NCBI GenBank assembly: GCA_903813345.2
Contig: CAIIXF020000001.1
Span: forward strand, 33,728,001-33,792,000
Source: Owenia fusiformis
Taxonomy: Eukaryota
Reading direction: 5' to 3'
DNA length: 64,000 bases
Made by a program: the position numbers and the translations under genes
In this document: positions 12,817 to 26,299 of the stretch, piece after piece
How positions within the stretch are numbered: position 1 is the stretch's first letter
Layout of the letters: each line of letters opens with the position of its first letter
Notes under the pieces: generated by a model
Seen by the model: only the letters and a program-made list of their open reading frames with translations
Databases searched by the model: none
What the model was told of the DNA's origin: nothing

Positions 12817-12971
12817 GTTCGGAGCTAGCTCTTATGTACAATGATGATTCAGTACTGGAGAATCACCACCTGGCTGTTGCCTTTAAACTTCTACAAGAGG
12901 AGAACTGTGACATATTTACTAATCTGTCAAACAAACAAAGGCAGACATTACGGCGCATGGTGATTGACATG
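12817..12971 (+). CDS. PDE4: PDE4 exon E (155 nt)
   Basis: tttaag|GT...ATG|gtaagt. Encodes (S)[33 protein letters not shown]...RRMVIDM. Its phase matches exon D. Confidence 0.97.
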
Positions 12972-13026
12972 GTAAGTAGTACCTCCTGGTATTCAACAGA
13001 TGAATACTCCATATTACATTTAATAG

Positions 13027-13242
13027 TTATTATCCCACCAAACGAAGTTGGAGGGGGATATAGGAAAGCCGTTGGTCTTTCCGATCTTCCATCCATCCGT
13101 TAGTGTGTCTAAACCTCTGCTCAAGAAGGAATTTTCAATATTGCAGTTCAATTCAAAATGGCCGCCATTTTTCGTAAAAGATATAATCTTTGATAACTCA
13201 AATATAAGTTGATGGATTTGGTTCAAATTTTATATGCTGATG
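13027..13242 (+). mobile_element. 5' part of HINE family A
   Basis: TTATTATCCCACCAAACGAAGTTGGAGGGGGATATAGG, then a TCC(A/G) microsatellite and one core unit. Confidence 0.75.
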
Positions 13243-15990
13243 CACTGTGCAAAATGTGCGGTATCTCTTGTTTGATTTCAAGAGATTTGGACAAATAGTT
13301 TGTATATATCTCTAGAATCCCCCAAAATATAGTTAGATATGATATCTCTGATACTGACAAATTTGCGTATCGAACCAGTTCTACTTAACTATTTGATGGT
13401 ATGCCACAGAATAGGCCCCATATTATACCCGTGGTAATCAGGAGATTTGCTAACTATATTATACATCTTCTATCTATACTCTTAAAACATTGACTATACT
13501 TTACTATTCATACAATATCGGACATGAAGAACAGGAGATACGCTGCCTATTCTGTGCTAAAATCAGCAGATATCAGCTTATATCAGGAGATACTCTCATA
13601 TCAGACTTCCCAAAACAGGAGATACGGTAAATATACGAAATGACGTCATCAAGTCTCATTATTTGCGACGCTAATTAGGTAACATCACTTATCTGGCTTA
13701 TTAACAATTACTCCGGTAGTTAAGTCATTAAATAAACAAATAGGGAGAATCTGAACCATATTCTTTATCTCTTGTTTATCAATAAAGTTTAATGTTAATA
13801 AAATAAAGAACCATAATTTTAGCACTTAGGTTTTAAGTAATGTACAGCATTCTTCGGTACATAATGTAATGTTAATAACAATTTATTATTGAATAACTAA
13901 TCCGTATGTTAGGGTTAATAGATTAATCTCTACAGCTGATGGCTCTTAATTCAAAAAAAAAAATTTGCAAAATAAGTTTTTTCATATATATTTGATTGTA
14001 TAATGTCCATCATGTTATGATTAACATTGTGTTAAATATTTGATTCAATCAATAAATTAAAAATTATTGTAAAGTTGATTTTTGAATTTTTAATTAATTA
14101 GTTTTCCTCACATTTTTATTCCAATGTTTGTCTGTCACACTAAGTTTATAGCAAACAACATTTAAATCCCCCTCACACTCAGGTACAAACAACCATTCAC
14201 TTTGTCAACCAAAACAACAGTCATGATACAGAACTGCTCAATATTCAATAAACACATTATGCATTTTATACAGACCCGTACCTAAGGACCCCCCTCCCCA
14301 TAGCCAACAATTCTTTCAAAATCATGTAGTTTTCACCATTCACATACATGTATTGACATTCCAGAGCAATATACGCGTAATAAGTCAAACTTTAATCCCT
14401 AATTATTCAATTTCTATGATTTGAGTTCTGTTCACACTGATAGATAATCTGTTTGTTAGAGTTAATGGATTAATTTCTACAGCCGATGGTTCTAATTTCA
14501 ACCGAAAAATAATTTGCAAATTAAGTTTTTCATAATTATTTGATTGTATAATGTCCCTTATGTTATGATTAACATTGTGTTAGAATTTGGATTTAATTGA
14601 TTGACTCAACGGAAAGTTAATGTTTAATCAATGGGTTTCCTCACATTTTTACTCCATTGGGTTTCCTCACAATTTAACTCAATTGTTTCTCTGTCAAAAT
14701 CCTACATAGTTTTACCAATCTTAGCACTGTTAAGTGATTTTGGGCCAAAACTATCAATTGTGACCCGTTGGTATATTTTGAAAATTGATCCTCTGGGCTA
14801 AAACTTATTACGAGCCTGTAATATATTTACCCTTTGCATTCGTTTGACTTCACTTCTTAAAAGAGAGCTTCGTCTTTGTAGTTTAACTTCTGCACGCAGG
14901 GTATAATATATTGGATATATTGCTCCGATTTCTTCTGACAAATCTCTGATAATAAATTAGGAAACATGCATTAAGTTTGCATGATACAAGAAGTGGTGTT
15001 AAGCCATGCTAAAACAAAATTAAATCTTGTATTCTCTCACATTTTACAATTTATTTTTTTCTGTTATCAATATAATATCTGAGATATAAACCACGGATAT
15101 AAACAACAGATTAGTCCATGATGTAATACATTTGTTTCTACTACAATTGGACCATTTCTTTTTATTACAGCTAGTTTTATTTACCTTTCTTTGTTTTCGA
15201 TTTTCAAATATATATATTCAAAAGGTGCGAGATTCGGTATGTTTAGTTGTTTGATAATGAAAATAAAGAAGCGGGTTCATTTTACATCAATTCCTAAAGT
15301 TTCATCTGACAAAGCGATGCTTACACTTTGAGAAAATTGGAGCATGGAAAACAAACTGATGTAAATAACATATTGGACGTACAGTACATATGTATATCAG
15401 AGCAATATGATAAGTAAAACTTTAATCCCCAATTATTCAATTTCTTTAATATGAGTTTCGTTGACACTGATAACTAATCCGTTTGTTTGTGGTAATGGAT
15501 CAATTTCCTACAGCCAACAGTTCTAAGTTCCACAAAAATAATTTGAAAACTAAGTTTTTCATAATTATTTGATTGCATAATGTCCCTAATGTTATGATTA
15601 ACATTGTGTTAAAATTTGGATTTAATTGATTGACTCAACGGAAAGTTAATTTTTAATTAATGGGTTTCCTGACATTTTTACTCCATTGTTTCTCTGCCAC
15701 ATTACACAGGCACAAACAACCACCTGTATTCACTTTGCAAACCACAAAAATAGTCTTGACACAGAACTGCTCAAATTTTAGCTAAATACATTGCACATTT
15801 TAAACATGCCCGTACCTAACAAGTAACGATTCCCTCCCCTTGGCCAACAATTCTTTCAAAATCATGCAGATTTTCGCCGTTCACATACATGTATTGATGT
15901 CAGAGCAATAGATTAATAGTTTAATCCCCAAGTTATTTTCAATTTCTATGAAATGAGTTTTGTTCACTGGTAACTAATCCGTTTGTTTGA
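13243..15990. repeat. Unclassified repeat starting CACTGTG, with interrupted 500-550-bp tandem units
   Basis: An AACTAATCCGT(A/T)TGTT-like motif recurs at about 13895, 14444, 15472 and 15972, and the blocks between them are homologous. No partner TIR was found. Confidence 0.55.
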
Positions 15991-16749
15991 TATGTGAATA
16001 CTATAAGCATGGTACAAATTGAAAAATTGATTTTGAAAAATGGCCACCATTATGTCAATCATGTCTCCCAATATTGCAAGTGAACCTCATATCACTGGCC
16101 CACATTTGTAATGCAATAGCACTGTTTAGTACAGCTTTAAGTTATTATCCAACCGAACAAAGTTGAGGGGGATATAGAAAAGCCGTTCGCCCGTCTGTCC
16201 ATTTGTCCGACCGTCCGTTCGTCCGTCTGTTCGTGTGTCTGGGCAATAACACGGTGACCAAGTGTTAACAGTGGAGATTGTTCTGGACGTGTTCTTTCAA
16301 ACAATTTAGATGTGTTTTTTGGAAAACTTGAGAGGTACACAGGCAATTTTTTCCATCACAATTTCCATAAAAAATCCATACAGATTCTTTACTGTCAAAA
16401 CTGTAATGAAACTGTTCGGACTTGATCACGGCAATGTTTCGATAAAGAAACGAGTTTAGAGAATCTGTAATGATACTGCATTTATTCTGTAAATACAAGT
16501 TTCAAACTTTACTGATTCAATAGAGTTTTTGTAAAGATTCTCTACTTTTTCTTTACATATTCCTGACAGACTGCTGCTTTCCTTATGGATTCTTTACACG
16601 TTCTTTATGCATTGGTTGATAAATCTTTGAAGTTATTTTAATCATTCTGTAAAACTTCAGTAAAGGCCCTCAATAACAAAAGATTTTATTTATGGTTAAT
16701 CGATTTATATTTATTAATAGTCTTTGTCAATACAATTTACATGTGATCT

Positions 16750-17620
16750 AAAGTGTATACAGCAAATATGCGTCTTAGTGAACACTTCTATGTGTTAGAA
16801 TCTGTATATCATGGATACAATGAACACCCCTTAGTAATGTTTATGGAATCCTTTTTTGTTTAACCTCATATAAATATAGCACCACAAATATTTGTGTATA
16901 GAGCAAATATGTGTCTCGGTAAACACTTCTATGTGAAAACCTGTCTCTATATACTAGTATCATGGATAAATCATGGTTATATATATAGTGAACACTCTTT
17001 TGTGTTCATAAATATAACGCCACAGATTTCTGTGCAAATATGTGTCTTGGTAACCACCTCTAAGTGAAAACCTATCTCAATATATCATGGCTATACAGTG
17101 AACACTCCTTTGTCTCTGGAATGCTGTAATGCTTATGGAGTTATTTTTTCTTGATCCTCACAGTCATGATAATAATTATAAATAAAACATATATATATAA
17201 CGCCACAAATTTCTCTGTATACAACAAATATGTGTCTTGGTGAACACCTCTAAGTGAAACCTATCTCAATATATCATGGCTATACAGTGAACGCTCCTTT
17301 GTCTCTGTAATGCTTATGGAGTTATTTTTTCTTGATCACAGTCATGATTATAATTATAAATAAAACATATAAATATAATGCCACAGATTTCTCTATATAC
17401 AGTAAATATGTGTCTTGGTGAACACTTCTAAGTGGAAACCTGTCTCTATATATCATGGATATACTGTGAACACTCCTTTGTCTCTGTAATGGTTATTGAG
17501 TTATCTTTATTGATCCTCACAGTCATGATATAAATATAACATATAAATATAACACCACAGATTTCTGTGTAAACAGCAAATAAGTGTCTTGGTAAACCTG
17601 TCTTTTTATATCATGTGAAC
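16750..17620. repeat. Satellite-like tandem array (140-180-bp units) inside copy 1; counterpart about 30470-31395
   Basis: Repeats of CAAATATGTGTCTTGGTGAACAC...GAAAACCTGTCTCTATATATCATGG...GAACACTCCTTTGTCTCTG. Confidence 0.85.
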
Positions 17621-18428
17621 AGTACAGTATTATATATTATATAATATACTCTAAGCAAATAAAAAATTGAAACCATCTATTTCTGAAAGTATGACCAATT
17701 CAGACCACAAATGACTGTTTACAAACTAACACTACAGTAAAATTGTGAACTTTCTAACCAAAACTTGCTTACAACATTATTAATTTCCTTTAACAATCTA
17801 TTGAACATATAATCATAATGGTACCAAGTTTATATCAGTCATTTATTCATCTTACATAATAATCAGATTACTAAATGTTTATTAATGTGTAATATTCTGA
17901 AATATTACAAAACATGGATGTTGGGCTTAAAATGAGCGGATTTATTTTAATTAATAAATCTTATTACAAAACACATCTTCTTACAAAACATATCAAATTA
18001 TTCATATTGCCAATGTAAGTTGTTTACAATGCAAGGCAATATATAAAACCGCCCTTTGATAAACATATATACATTTAATAAAATATATGATGTTTAAGTC
18101 ATAAATCATACCCCTCTTAATTTGGGAGGGTGGAAGAGGAAAATTCATTTTTTCAAGACCCCCAGCGAACCCCCGCCCAGAGTACTATTTTACACTGAAC
18201 AAATGTTGATCCCGGGGATATTTTATATATGTTTTACATAAAATTTAATTTTTAAAATAAATATACATTAATTTGTGTAATATTCTAAAATATAATACAA
18301 AACGTGGATGTCTATAAAACATGGATATTTATAAAATAAATATACAAATAAATATGCAATTAAACCAAATTACAAAATTTAAAGTTCTAAGTCACATACG
18401 TCATTATAATCTGATAAAACATCCTTTT

Positions 18429-19418
18429 AATGAAGGACCCACGGTCCTGTGCTCACACAGTTTCTTGAAACCTTCAGAGGAATGTATATCCTGACTTTCA
18501 AACAAAAATATTGATTTGGATTTGTAGTCTCGAACTTTGAGAAACTTAGATAGCACAGTTGTGTGACCTAGTTTGATGACCCTTGACCTTGAAAATTTTC
18601 CTTATTCAGAGCTCAGTAAGGTCTTTTGTGATTAAGCTGACCAAAATTTACATCCAAAAATCAATTTGAAAAATCAACTTTTTTGACCTTTCGAAGGTCA
18701 ATGAAGGTCTACTAAAGGTCAAATCCTAAAACTAATGTCAGATTTGAACTCCTGGCAACTTGTAGATGATTTTCAAAAAAAAATTTGGTCAAATTGAAGC
18801 AAGTTGAAAAATAACTTATTTTTACTGTTTCTTGACGTCAAATATCTCAAAAACGATAAAAATTTGATGCTGACATATATTGAGCAATATGTAGGGAAGG
18901 CTTAAATCTAGTAATGATGTAATTCATTGCAAGAAATGATCAAGTATAAGGCAAACTTTGAGAAACTTGTCAATCACAAAACCTGCCATTGACTTTATGC
19001 ATGAGAAAGTTTCCTGAAAATGTCACAAAGTCCTACTTTTTGTCAAATTTTATAGAGTAAACACCAAAAACTGTAATTCCAAGAGCTTTGAAATCTTCAG
19101 AGGACATAAGTTGCATATACAGCAACTACTAAAAGTTATTTGAAAGTTCTACTTCAACAAAGTGTCTAGAATTTACAGAAAATTTGACTTTTTGACGTCA
19201 AAATCCGCAATTTCTCGGAAACCGGGCGAACTTGGGAAATGGCGATGATAGGTCAAATAGGCATTATGGATATGCATAAGATGAATGTGGATATGACTCA
19301 ATCCAAATAGCAGTTTTAATTTGTGCGGCCAATGTTGACGAACGGACCAATGGACGGACAGACGGACCAACGGACAGACGCCTGGTCGATCCCATAGGCT
19401 CACTGTGTGAGCCAAAAA
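18429..19418 (-). mobile_element. Intact HINE family B; second copy 33055-34114
   Basis: Minus strand 5' end TTTTTGGCTCACACAGTGAGCC followed by a GTCC microsatellite. 3' sub-terminal ACTGTGTGAGC followed by the hairpin AGGACC-GTG-GGTCCT. Confidence 0.8.
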
Positions 19419-20519
19419 TACAATAGGCATATTTGGAGTACATTTCGGTAGCCAAAGTAATATTGGCCTATTTACTTTGGTTTTAGTATTTTTTTATTTA
19501 ACAGTGAATAACTTAGTTGCTTGTGAGACAACTATAGTTCTTAGCATGCATAAAACGAGCCCTAGAATGAAGAAAATGCAAATACCTGTATCTGGCTCTT
19601 CTGGATGACATGACTGTAGCGATACGAGAAAACCAACTGATAACCATACACTTCCTAAAGGTGCCATAGCATTTAATCATAGTCCTGCTATTTCTTCACA
19701 ATCTGCAAGTGAACTCCTACTTTTCATAATCTAAATAAAATGTGATTGTGACTGAGCAATTATAACAGAAATGATAACTTTTCATAATTGTAATGTTGCT
19801 TCATTTTGCTCAAATAATTCAGGATGAGCTTATTTGAGCTTCATTTTGTTCAACTGTACATAGGATTAGAATTGTTGAATGAACTGAAGCCCCCATTGCA
19901 TAGTTTTGATAAGATGACAACTATAGAAGATTGCCTCGCACCCAAGGATATGTATAATTTTCATTTTAAATAAATATGTTTCATTTTTTAACAGACACAC
20001 ATACATGCTCTTACAACTTGTAGGTTACAAGCAACAATTATTCGTGAACACAATCATTCAACTATCTGTATAACCAGAGATGCTTCAGGACTTTCTTCCC
20101 CCTTTTGTTTTCTTGGTCTTTAATACTGTAGTATTGTCATTGTGAAGGTGATCAAACAGTACATTTTCCTGGATGAGAATAAGTCCCTTGCATTTGTACA
20201 GTAGACACATTATATAATATAGCACCATCATGGAAAAACATTGTACAGCTGACAGCTGTACAGGCAGTCCCACTGCAAATTGGTGCTCCATTGTAATTTG
20301 TAAACCAAAAGGTGGTTTCCTCAGCTTCACTAAACATACATCATAAAGATTCCCTGTGCTGGAGCGTCTTCCAGGAAGTAAATCAAAGTAAATTGTTCTG
20401 TCCTCCATGTTTGTTCAAACTTGAAACCTGAAAGTGCAAATCCAAAAATTCATGAGCTATTATTTGGTGCATTTTGGAGTTTCAAAGGCAAAAATCAAAT
20501 AGACAAATAAAAATAATAC

Positions 20520-20720
20520 AGCAAACAGCTTCGTGTCACTGTGCCCATGAAATGAGCAAACAGCTACATGTCACTGTGCCCATGAAATGAGCAAACAGCT
20601 ACATGTGTACTGTGCCCATGAAATCAGTGAGCAAACAGCTAAACGAGCACTGTACCAATGATATGAATAAATAGGTATATGCCTATTGTGCCTATGAAAT
20701 GAGCAAACGATACACTGTAC
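20520..20720. repeat. Minisatellite, 34-36-bp unit; longer arrays at about 35218-35650 and 36460-36890
   Basis: Repeats of ACTGTGCCCATGAAATGAGCAAACAGCTACATGT. Confidence 0.85.
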
Positions 20721-20856
20721 CAACAAAATAAGCAAGCATCTACTTACGTCGTAATGTCCCATGCAATATCCACAGGCTCTGCAGGTTCAGCAAATTGAAA
20801 GGATTTGTACGTGCTTGTTTTCTTGTGTGTTGCACTTGTACTTTATGTTGTAAATC

Positions 20857-21327
20857 TTACTCGAGTCTCTAGCTTACAGCTAGACGAAACTTCATTAATT
20901 TCGTATGTACTGTGCTACACGCACCTACACACACCTAGAACTCATTTTTAATAAATTTTATAAATATTTTTAAGAATATTAATCATATTTAGGATGAAGC
21001 GTTGCTTGTCTGGATTTAGATATTTCAAAATTTCATTTCGGAGTTTGACACATGGTGAAATTTTCTCGCTGTAGCTAAAAATGGCTTCCGGTTCTGGACG
21101 TGAATAACATTTGAAATTATTCTCGCTTAAAGAAATCAAATATAACAATAGATTCAGACGGGGATGTGAGCTGATGTTCTTCAAATCTATACATAAAGGT
21201 ATATTTCATATTATTATGCCATATTTACTGTGCGTGTGACACAATGATTTACAATATTTATAATACTAAGGCAGCTCAATCTTCCTCCTCAAAGCCGGAA
21301 TATAGAGAAGGCTTTGGACCGAAGTAA
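20857..21327. mobile_element. 471-bp MITE with 8-bp TSD, specific to copy 1
   Basis: TSD TGTAAATC at 20849-20856 and 21328-21335; short TIR TTACT...AGTAA; sub-terminal hairpins at both ends. The empty site is at about 35765. Confidence 0.85.
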
Positions 21328-22853
21328 TGTAAATCTATCCCTCAATGTCAGCCATTGTGCTAGTATTTCAATTTCAAAATCCGAAGGTCGAGTAAACTTT
21401 GTCATGATCACGAGAATATATCGACACTACAGTAGTAGATCTAACAGTAAGGCGGGTAGCCTGGGGCGGGTAGTAAAGTCATATAGTCTACTTGCACTCG
21501 TATTGTACCATTGAACTGTGAACCATTAAATTCCATTTATCATAATATCACAGGAAACATAGCTGATCTGTGAAGCATAAAGTTTACTTCCTGTCCTCCT
21601 CCTCCATTCTATTGTGAGATGTTGTAAGCTTACGAATATTTTGGGGAATTTCCGCTGAATTTCAGTGAATTTTCTGACTTCTATCTGGAATATTATCTCC
21701 TTCGGTGCTTTTCAGCTTAAAATCCTAAAGCCTACAGGCTCCTGATAGTTAGTTACATTGTCTGACGACTAAATCCCATCTATGACACCTTGTAAACTGA
21801 CCTTCTGGATCAATGTATAATCCAAACATAAAACTACTTGATTTTGCAATGGGCGATATTCTAACTCCCAGATACCAGGATGTGTGTACTGAACGAAACG
21901 TTAACTTATATATCAGACATTGATCCCGGGGATTTCTCTCTGTTAAAAACTAAAAGAATTACTTCAGTATTTATAAAAAATATTTCTGGAATTTAAATAA
22001 ATATTAATTAAAGCTTACCTAATATCATATGAAGTAAAAAAATGCTTAGCCTAATTATAAGTATTTCAATTTTTACAATTTCAATTGATTTATTGAGGCT
22101 ATGATTGACTATAATTATACAATGAAACTCTTGATTGGTCAGAATAATTGTATGACATTAACCTTTGTCACATGAAAACAATTCTACATGCGTTAAAGAG
22201 GCTCTATGCCATAGGATAGCACAATCAAGACTGCTCTTCTGGACTTTTTTGCAAGAAGTCCCAAATCCCCCTCTCTCAATGGGCTCTCAGTGTTAATTTT
22301 GCGATTGTGCTGGCCGATCTAATTATTTTCGAAGAAGTTAATTCAATCTGAAGTTTGAATATTCCGGGAAAGTCCTCCTGTTATCTGATTGGTCGCTGAA
22401 TTTGTTTATCATAAACCTGATTGGCTCCCTGGTTCAAGGTGCTTGTTGGCGCTTGTGTGACTCAATGGGGATTTCCCTCGATAACTGAGGAGATTGGTTG
22501 TTCTGTTTCCAATATTTCGGCAATAATATACCCAAAGTTATTCTCAAGATATATCCATGGCATGTGAGATATTATATGAGCAATAACAATAGGACATCAT
22601 TGATTGTCTGAGGGAGAAATTATGGCATAATGCATCTTTAAACTTATTTTCTGTATTAATTTACTTGTGTTAAGCATGGATAATGCTAATATGATGGGGC
22701 TGGGACTTACTTTTTACTTGATTTAAGTTTATTTTCTGTTACAATTTACCTTTTATATACTTGCTATGAGCATGGCTATGCGCATGGTTTATACCTATTT
22801 TAAGACAGTTAGGTCTTGAATTTTAGTTGATTTAGGCTTATTTTCAGTATCAA

Positions 22854-22930
22854 TTCGTCAGTGGTCAGGGTACTTTTGGGAGGTTGGGACAAACCTAGTA
22901 CCTCCCAAAAGTACCCTGACCACTGACGAA
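22854..22930. repeat. Perfect hairpin with arms of about 30 bp; second copy 38506-38582
   Basis: TTCGTCAGTGGTCAGGGTACTTTTGGGAGGT...ACCTCCCAAAAGTACCCTGACCACTGACGAA. Confidence 0.9.
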
Positions 22931-23835
22931 ACACTGTGTTCCCTCGGGAAATATTGATATCATTCTTGTGATATTCCCCATATCAAATCCCTCCTTGTGG
23001 ATAACTACTTTTTATCCCATGGTTGCAAGGATATACATCGAATATCACGTGAAGATATATTTCATGATGTGGATCAAGATATCATTATCATATAACTTTA
23101 GCAAAAAAGCCCCAAACCATCAAAGTGATATTCGATAGTTTCAGAAGTGATATTCAGCCAGCTTTTGGTATCTGGGAGCTCTGACATCCCCCCTCAAATC
23201 TTTGAGGGGACCAAATGGCAAAAAATATTCTGCGCTTGCAAGGATTTTTTTTAAAAGTAAGGCCAATTTTCTCTTAGAATAAGGCCAAAAAAGCGCTTTA
23301 ATGCCCTTCAGCACTTTTAAGACCCTTCAACACTTTTTTTTAGCAAAAAGGTACATATGTCCACATATCTTTAAGGAGATATCAGAAGGGTTGGCTGTAA
23401 TGGCTGAGCCCCTTCCCCAGGTTATGGGCCTGGATGTAACTTATTGCTTCTTTGAGATCATCATCCATACATTTTTTGAATTGAATCTATTTTTCTGTAA
23501 AGTGTATTCTTTGCAAAATCTTCAATGACAAAGTCATTTTTACAGAATTTTCAATGTTGTTATTTCTTTACAGAATCTGTTGAGAATTTCTTTATTGATT
23601 CTTTACAGATCAACACACACACAGTTTCTGCATTGAATCTGTATTTTTTCTGTAATGAGATTTCTTTGCAGAATCATTAAAGAAAGACAAACTGTACAGA
23701 TTCTTCAAATGTATCAAATCTGCAAAGTTTCTTTAATGAATTTCCGTAAAGATTTTTTAAAGATAGCCATTCTTTACAGAAAATGTAATGGAAAAAATTG
23801 CCTGTGTAGGTTAATAAATTTGGTTATGAAAGTAA

Positions 23836-24691
23836 TTATCCCACAGAACGAAGTTCGAAGGGGATATAGAGAAGCCGTCCGTCCGTTCGTCCATCCGTGT
23901 GTCCGGGAGATAACTCAAATACCGGTTGACCGATTTGGTTCAAATTTTATAGGCGTATGCCTTATGAGTGTAGGATCTCTGCTCGAGAAGGAATTTTCAA
24001 AATTGCATCTCAATTCAAAATGGCCGCCATTTTTCGTAGAAAATGTAATCGTTGATAACTCAAATACAAGTTGACAGATTTGGTTCAAATTTTATATGCT
24101 GATGCTTAGGGACAAAGGAGTTTCACTCAAAAAGAGATTTTCAAGATGGCCGCTTAATTTCAAAATGGCGGCCATTTTTTGTAAAAAATATGTAATCTTT
24201 GATAACTCAAATACCAGTGAAAGGATTTGGTTCAAATTTTATATGATGATGCTAAGGGACACAGTAGCTATGTTCGACAAAAATTTATCAAGATAGCCGC
24301 TTAATTTCAAAATGGCAGCAATTTTTCGTAAAAAACGTAATCTTTGATAACTCAAATACCAGTGAACAGATTTGGTTGAAATTTTATATGATTATGCCTA
24401 GGGACACAGTAGCTCTGTTCAAGAAATAATTTTCAAGATGGCGGCTGAATTTTAAGATGGGGGCCAATTTTCGTAAAAAACAATCTTTGATAACTCATAT
24501 ACCAGTGAAGGGATTTGGTTCAAATTTTATATGATGATGCCTAGTTCACAATTGTATAAACTAACTTTGTGCCAAATTTCATGCTTCTATCACAAAGTGC
24601 ACAAACATTTCAACATTTACACTAGCTATAATAAGCATAATATGTTTTGTTCGGTGGGATTTGCTACTCCGTGGAGTTGCTGTTTTTCTAG
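23836..24691 (+). mobile_element. Full-length HINE family A (DINE-1/Pearl-like architecture)
   Basis: 5' ATCCCACAGAAC and 3' GTTCGGTGGGAT sub-terminal inverted repeat; GTCC microsatellite; tandem core of about 140 bp; 3' hairpin GCTACTCC-GT-GGAGTTGC; ends in CTAG within a T-rich site. Confidence 0.9.
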
Positions 24692-25865
24692 TTTATATTG
24701 CTTACCATACTATATATCCTAACTTCAGGTATCCACAAAAGCGTTATTTGCACCAATCTTATGCTATAGCCTTGTTAAATTGGAAAATGAGCAATGCTGG
24801 CAGTGTTATACATATTTTTGCCTGAAAATCACTAGCCTGCCTCGTATTCAATGAATACATTGATTCATAAGGAAAGTACTCACAGTAGGGAGGTTTTGCA
24901 CAACGGGTTAGCTTAAACGTATCCGCATCCGTATCTCGTTGCGTTTACGGAAACGTATTTCGATAATTTTCGTTTCGCAGTTCGTTTTTTAAAGTACGTA
25001 ATTATAAACGCATCTCAATCCGTTATTAACAGTCGTGAAAACTTGGGTCAAATAAAAGAATTCATCTGCACTCAGATTTCAATACACCATTGAGAGTGTC
25101 AGCTTTCAGAATCACAACTCCATAAGTATTATTGGTGAATGCAAAAATACATATTAACCCTTTCATCACCAAGGGGCCATTTATTAATTTCATAAAATCA
25201 ATTTCAAAATGAAGAAGATCCCTTAGGTGTTAGGCCAGAAAAGATAATTTCTAGGTTTACAATAACCAATTCATTGTCAAACTATACTTTGAGGAATATT
25301 TAAGGGTTTGAACACAGATAGGCTGGAATAGTGGTAATTGAGTGGAGTGCAGTGATTGCATTATGCTACAAAATGCGTAAACATTTCTGTTTTCGGTAGA
25401 AATGATATTTGAAATTAGTGTGTACATTTGCGTTTACTTATTTTTTCCTGAGAATATTAAGAATGCAGCAAGTGCATTGTGACTTAACATGAAAGCATGC
25501 ACGCTTGACATAACTACATCATATCCCTTTTTACCTCATTATCTTTTTAAGTATGCCCTTATAAGTATACTTATCAATGCTATAATTAGTTCTGAAGGAG
25601 CACACGCAATCTAAACAAATGGTATAAGTGATTCATCATGTCATATCAAGCTTGAGTGAAATCCATCCATCCAAATATTTGACCTCTATTGCAACACCTA
25701 TTTACTCATATAGCATTTTTTTTATTTCACTCAAAAGTAGAATTCCATCTTTAGCATATGCATAATGTTCTATTCTTGTATACAATAGTTTCTTAGACAT
25801 AACAAGCCATATAGGCATTCGTAGCCTTGTCCAAGTCGGTCTCTTACTTATCTTGATTTCTATCC

Positions 25866-25918
25866 CATGGTGAAAGATATGACCGTCTAAAATCACTTGC
25901 CATACAGCACATGGACCT
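25866..25918. mobile_element. Orphan TIR of the Kolobok-like family
   Basis: Matches 2656-2706 and ends GGACCT followed by TTAA. Confidence 0.7.
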
Positions 25919-26299
25919 TTAATTTCATGTTTTTGCAGCTCAATATTTTGGTTATACTTTAAGATCAAATAAGTATACCGACTTGATGGAAGCAAAGCAA
26001 CATATTTGATCATAGAAAGTGACACAAATATACCATTTATGCAATAAAAGTACATCTCCCCTGTTTTGTATGAAAAATCAACAAAAATATATTATGTAAA
26101 AAGATAAATTACCATTGTTTTTCTTGGATTCATTGAACAAAAAGAGACCCCCTCATCAGAGAACGACCCAAAGCTAGCCATACCAGTTGAATATCTCACA
26201 CAAGAGATTGCATTATATATGAATACATGTAGGTACCAAACCTATAACATACTAATAATGTGTACACACATATTATTATACCCTTTGATTCTACCCTGA

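Larger units (their letters stand above)
16338..23806. mobile_element. Large non-autonomous TIR element, copy 1 (7,469 bp)
   Basis: TIR CACAGGCAATTTTTTCCAT...ATGGAAAAAATTGCCTGTG with TA on both sides. Collinear with 30048-39461. Confidence 0.9.

Noticed and set aside
9936..13103. ORF-track starts and ends of the PDE4-containing ORFs (9936, 11270, 12834; also 61407)
   Set aside because: The extensions beyond the GT/AG boundaries are intronic read-through, so exon limits were taken from splice sites and PDE4 homology.
25154..25180. piggyBac-like start TTAA-CCCTTT
   Set aside because: No matching AAAGGG-TTAA end was found in the enclosing interval.
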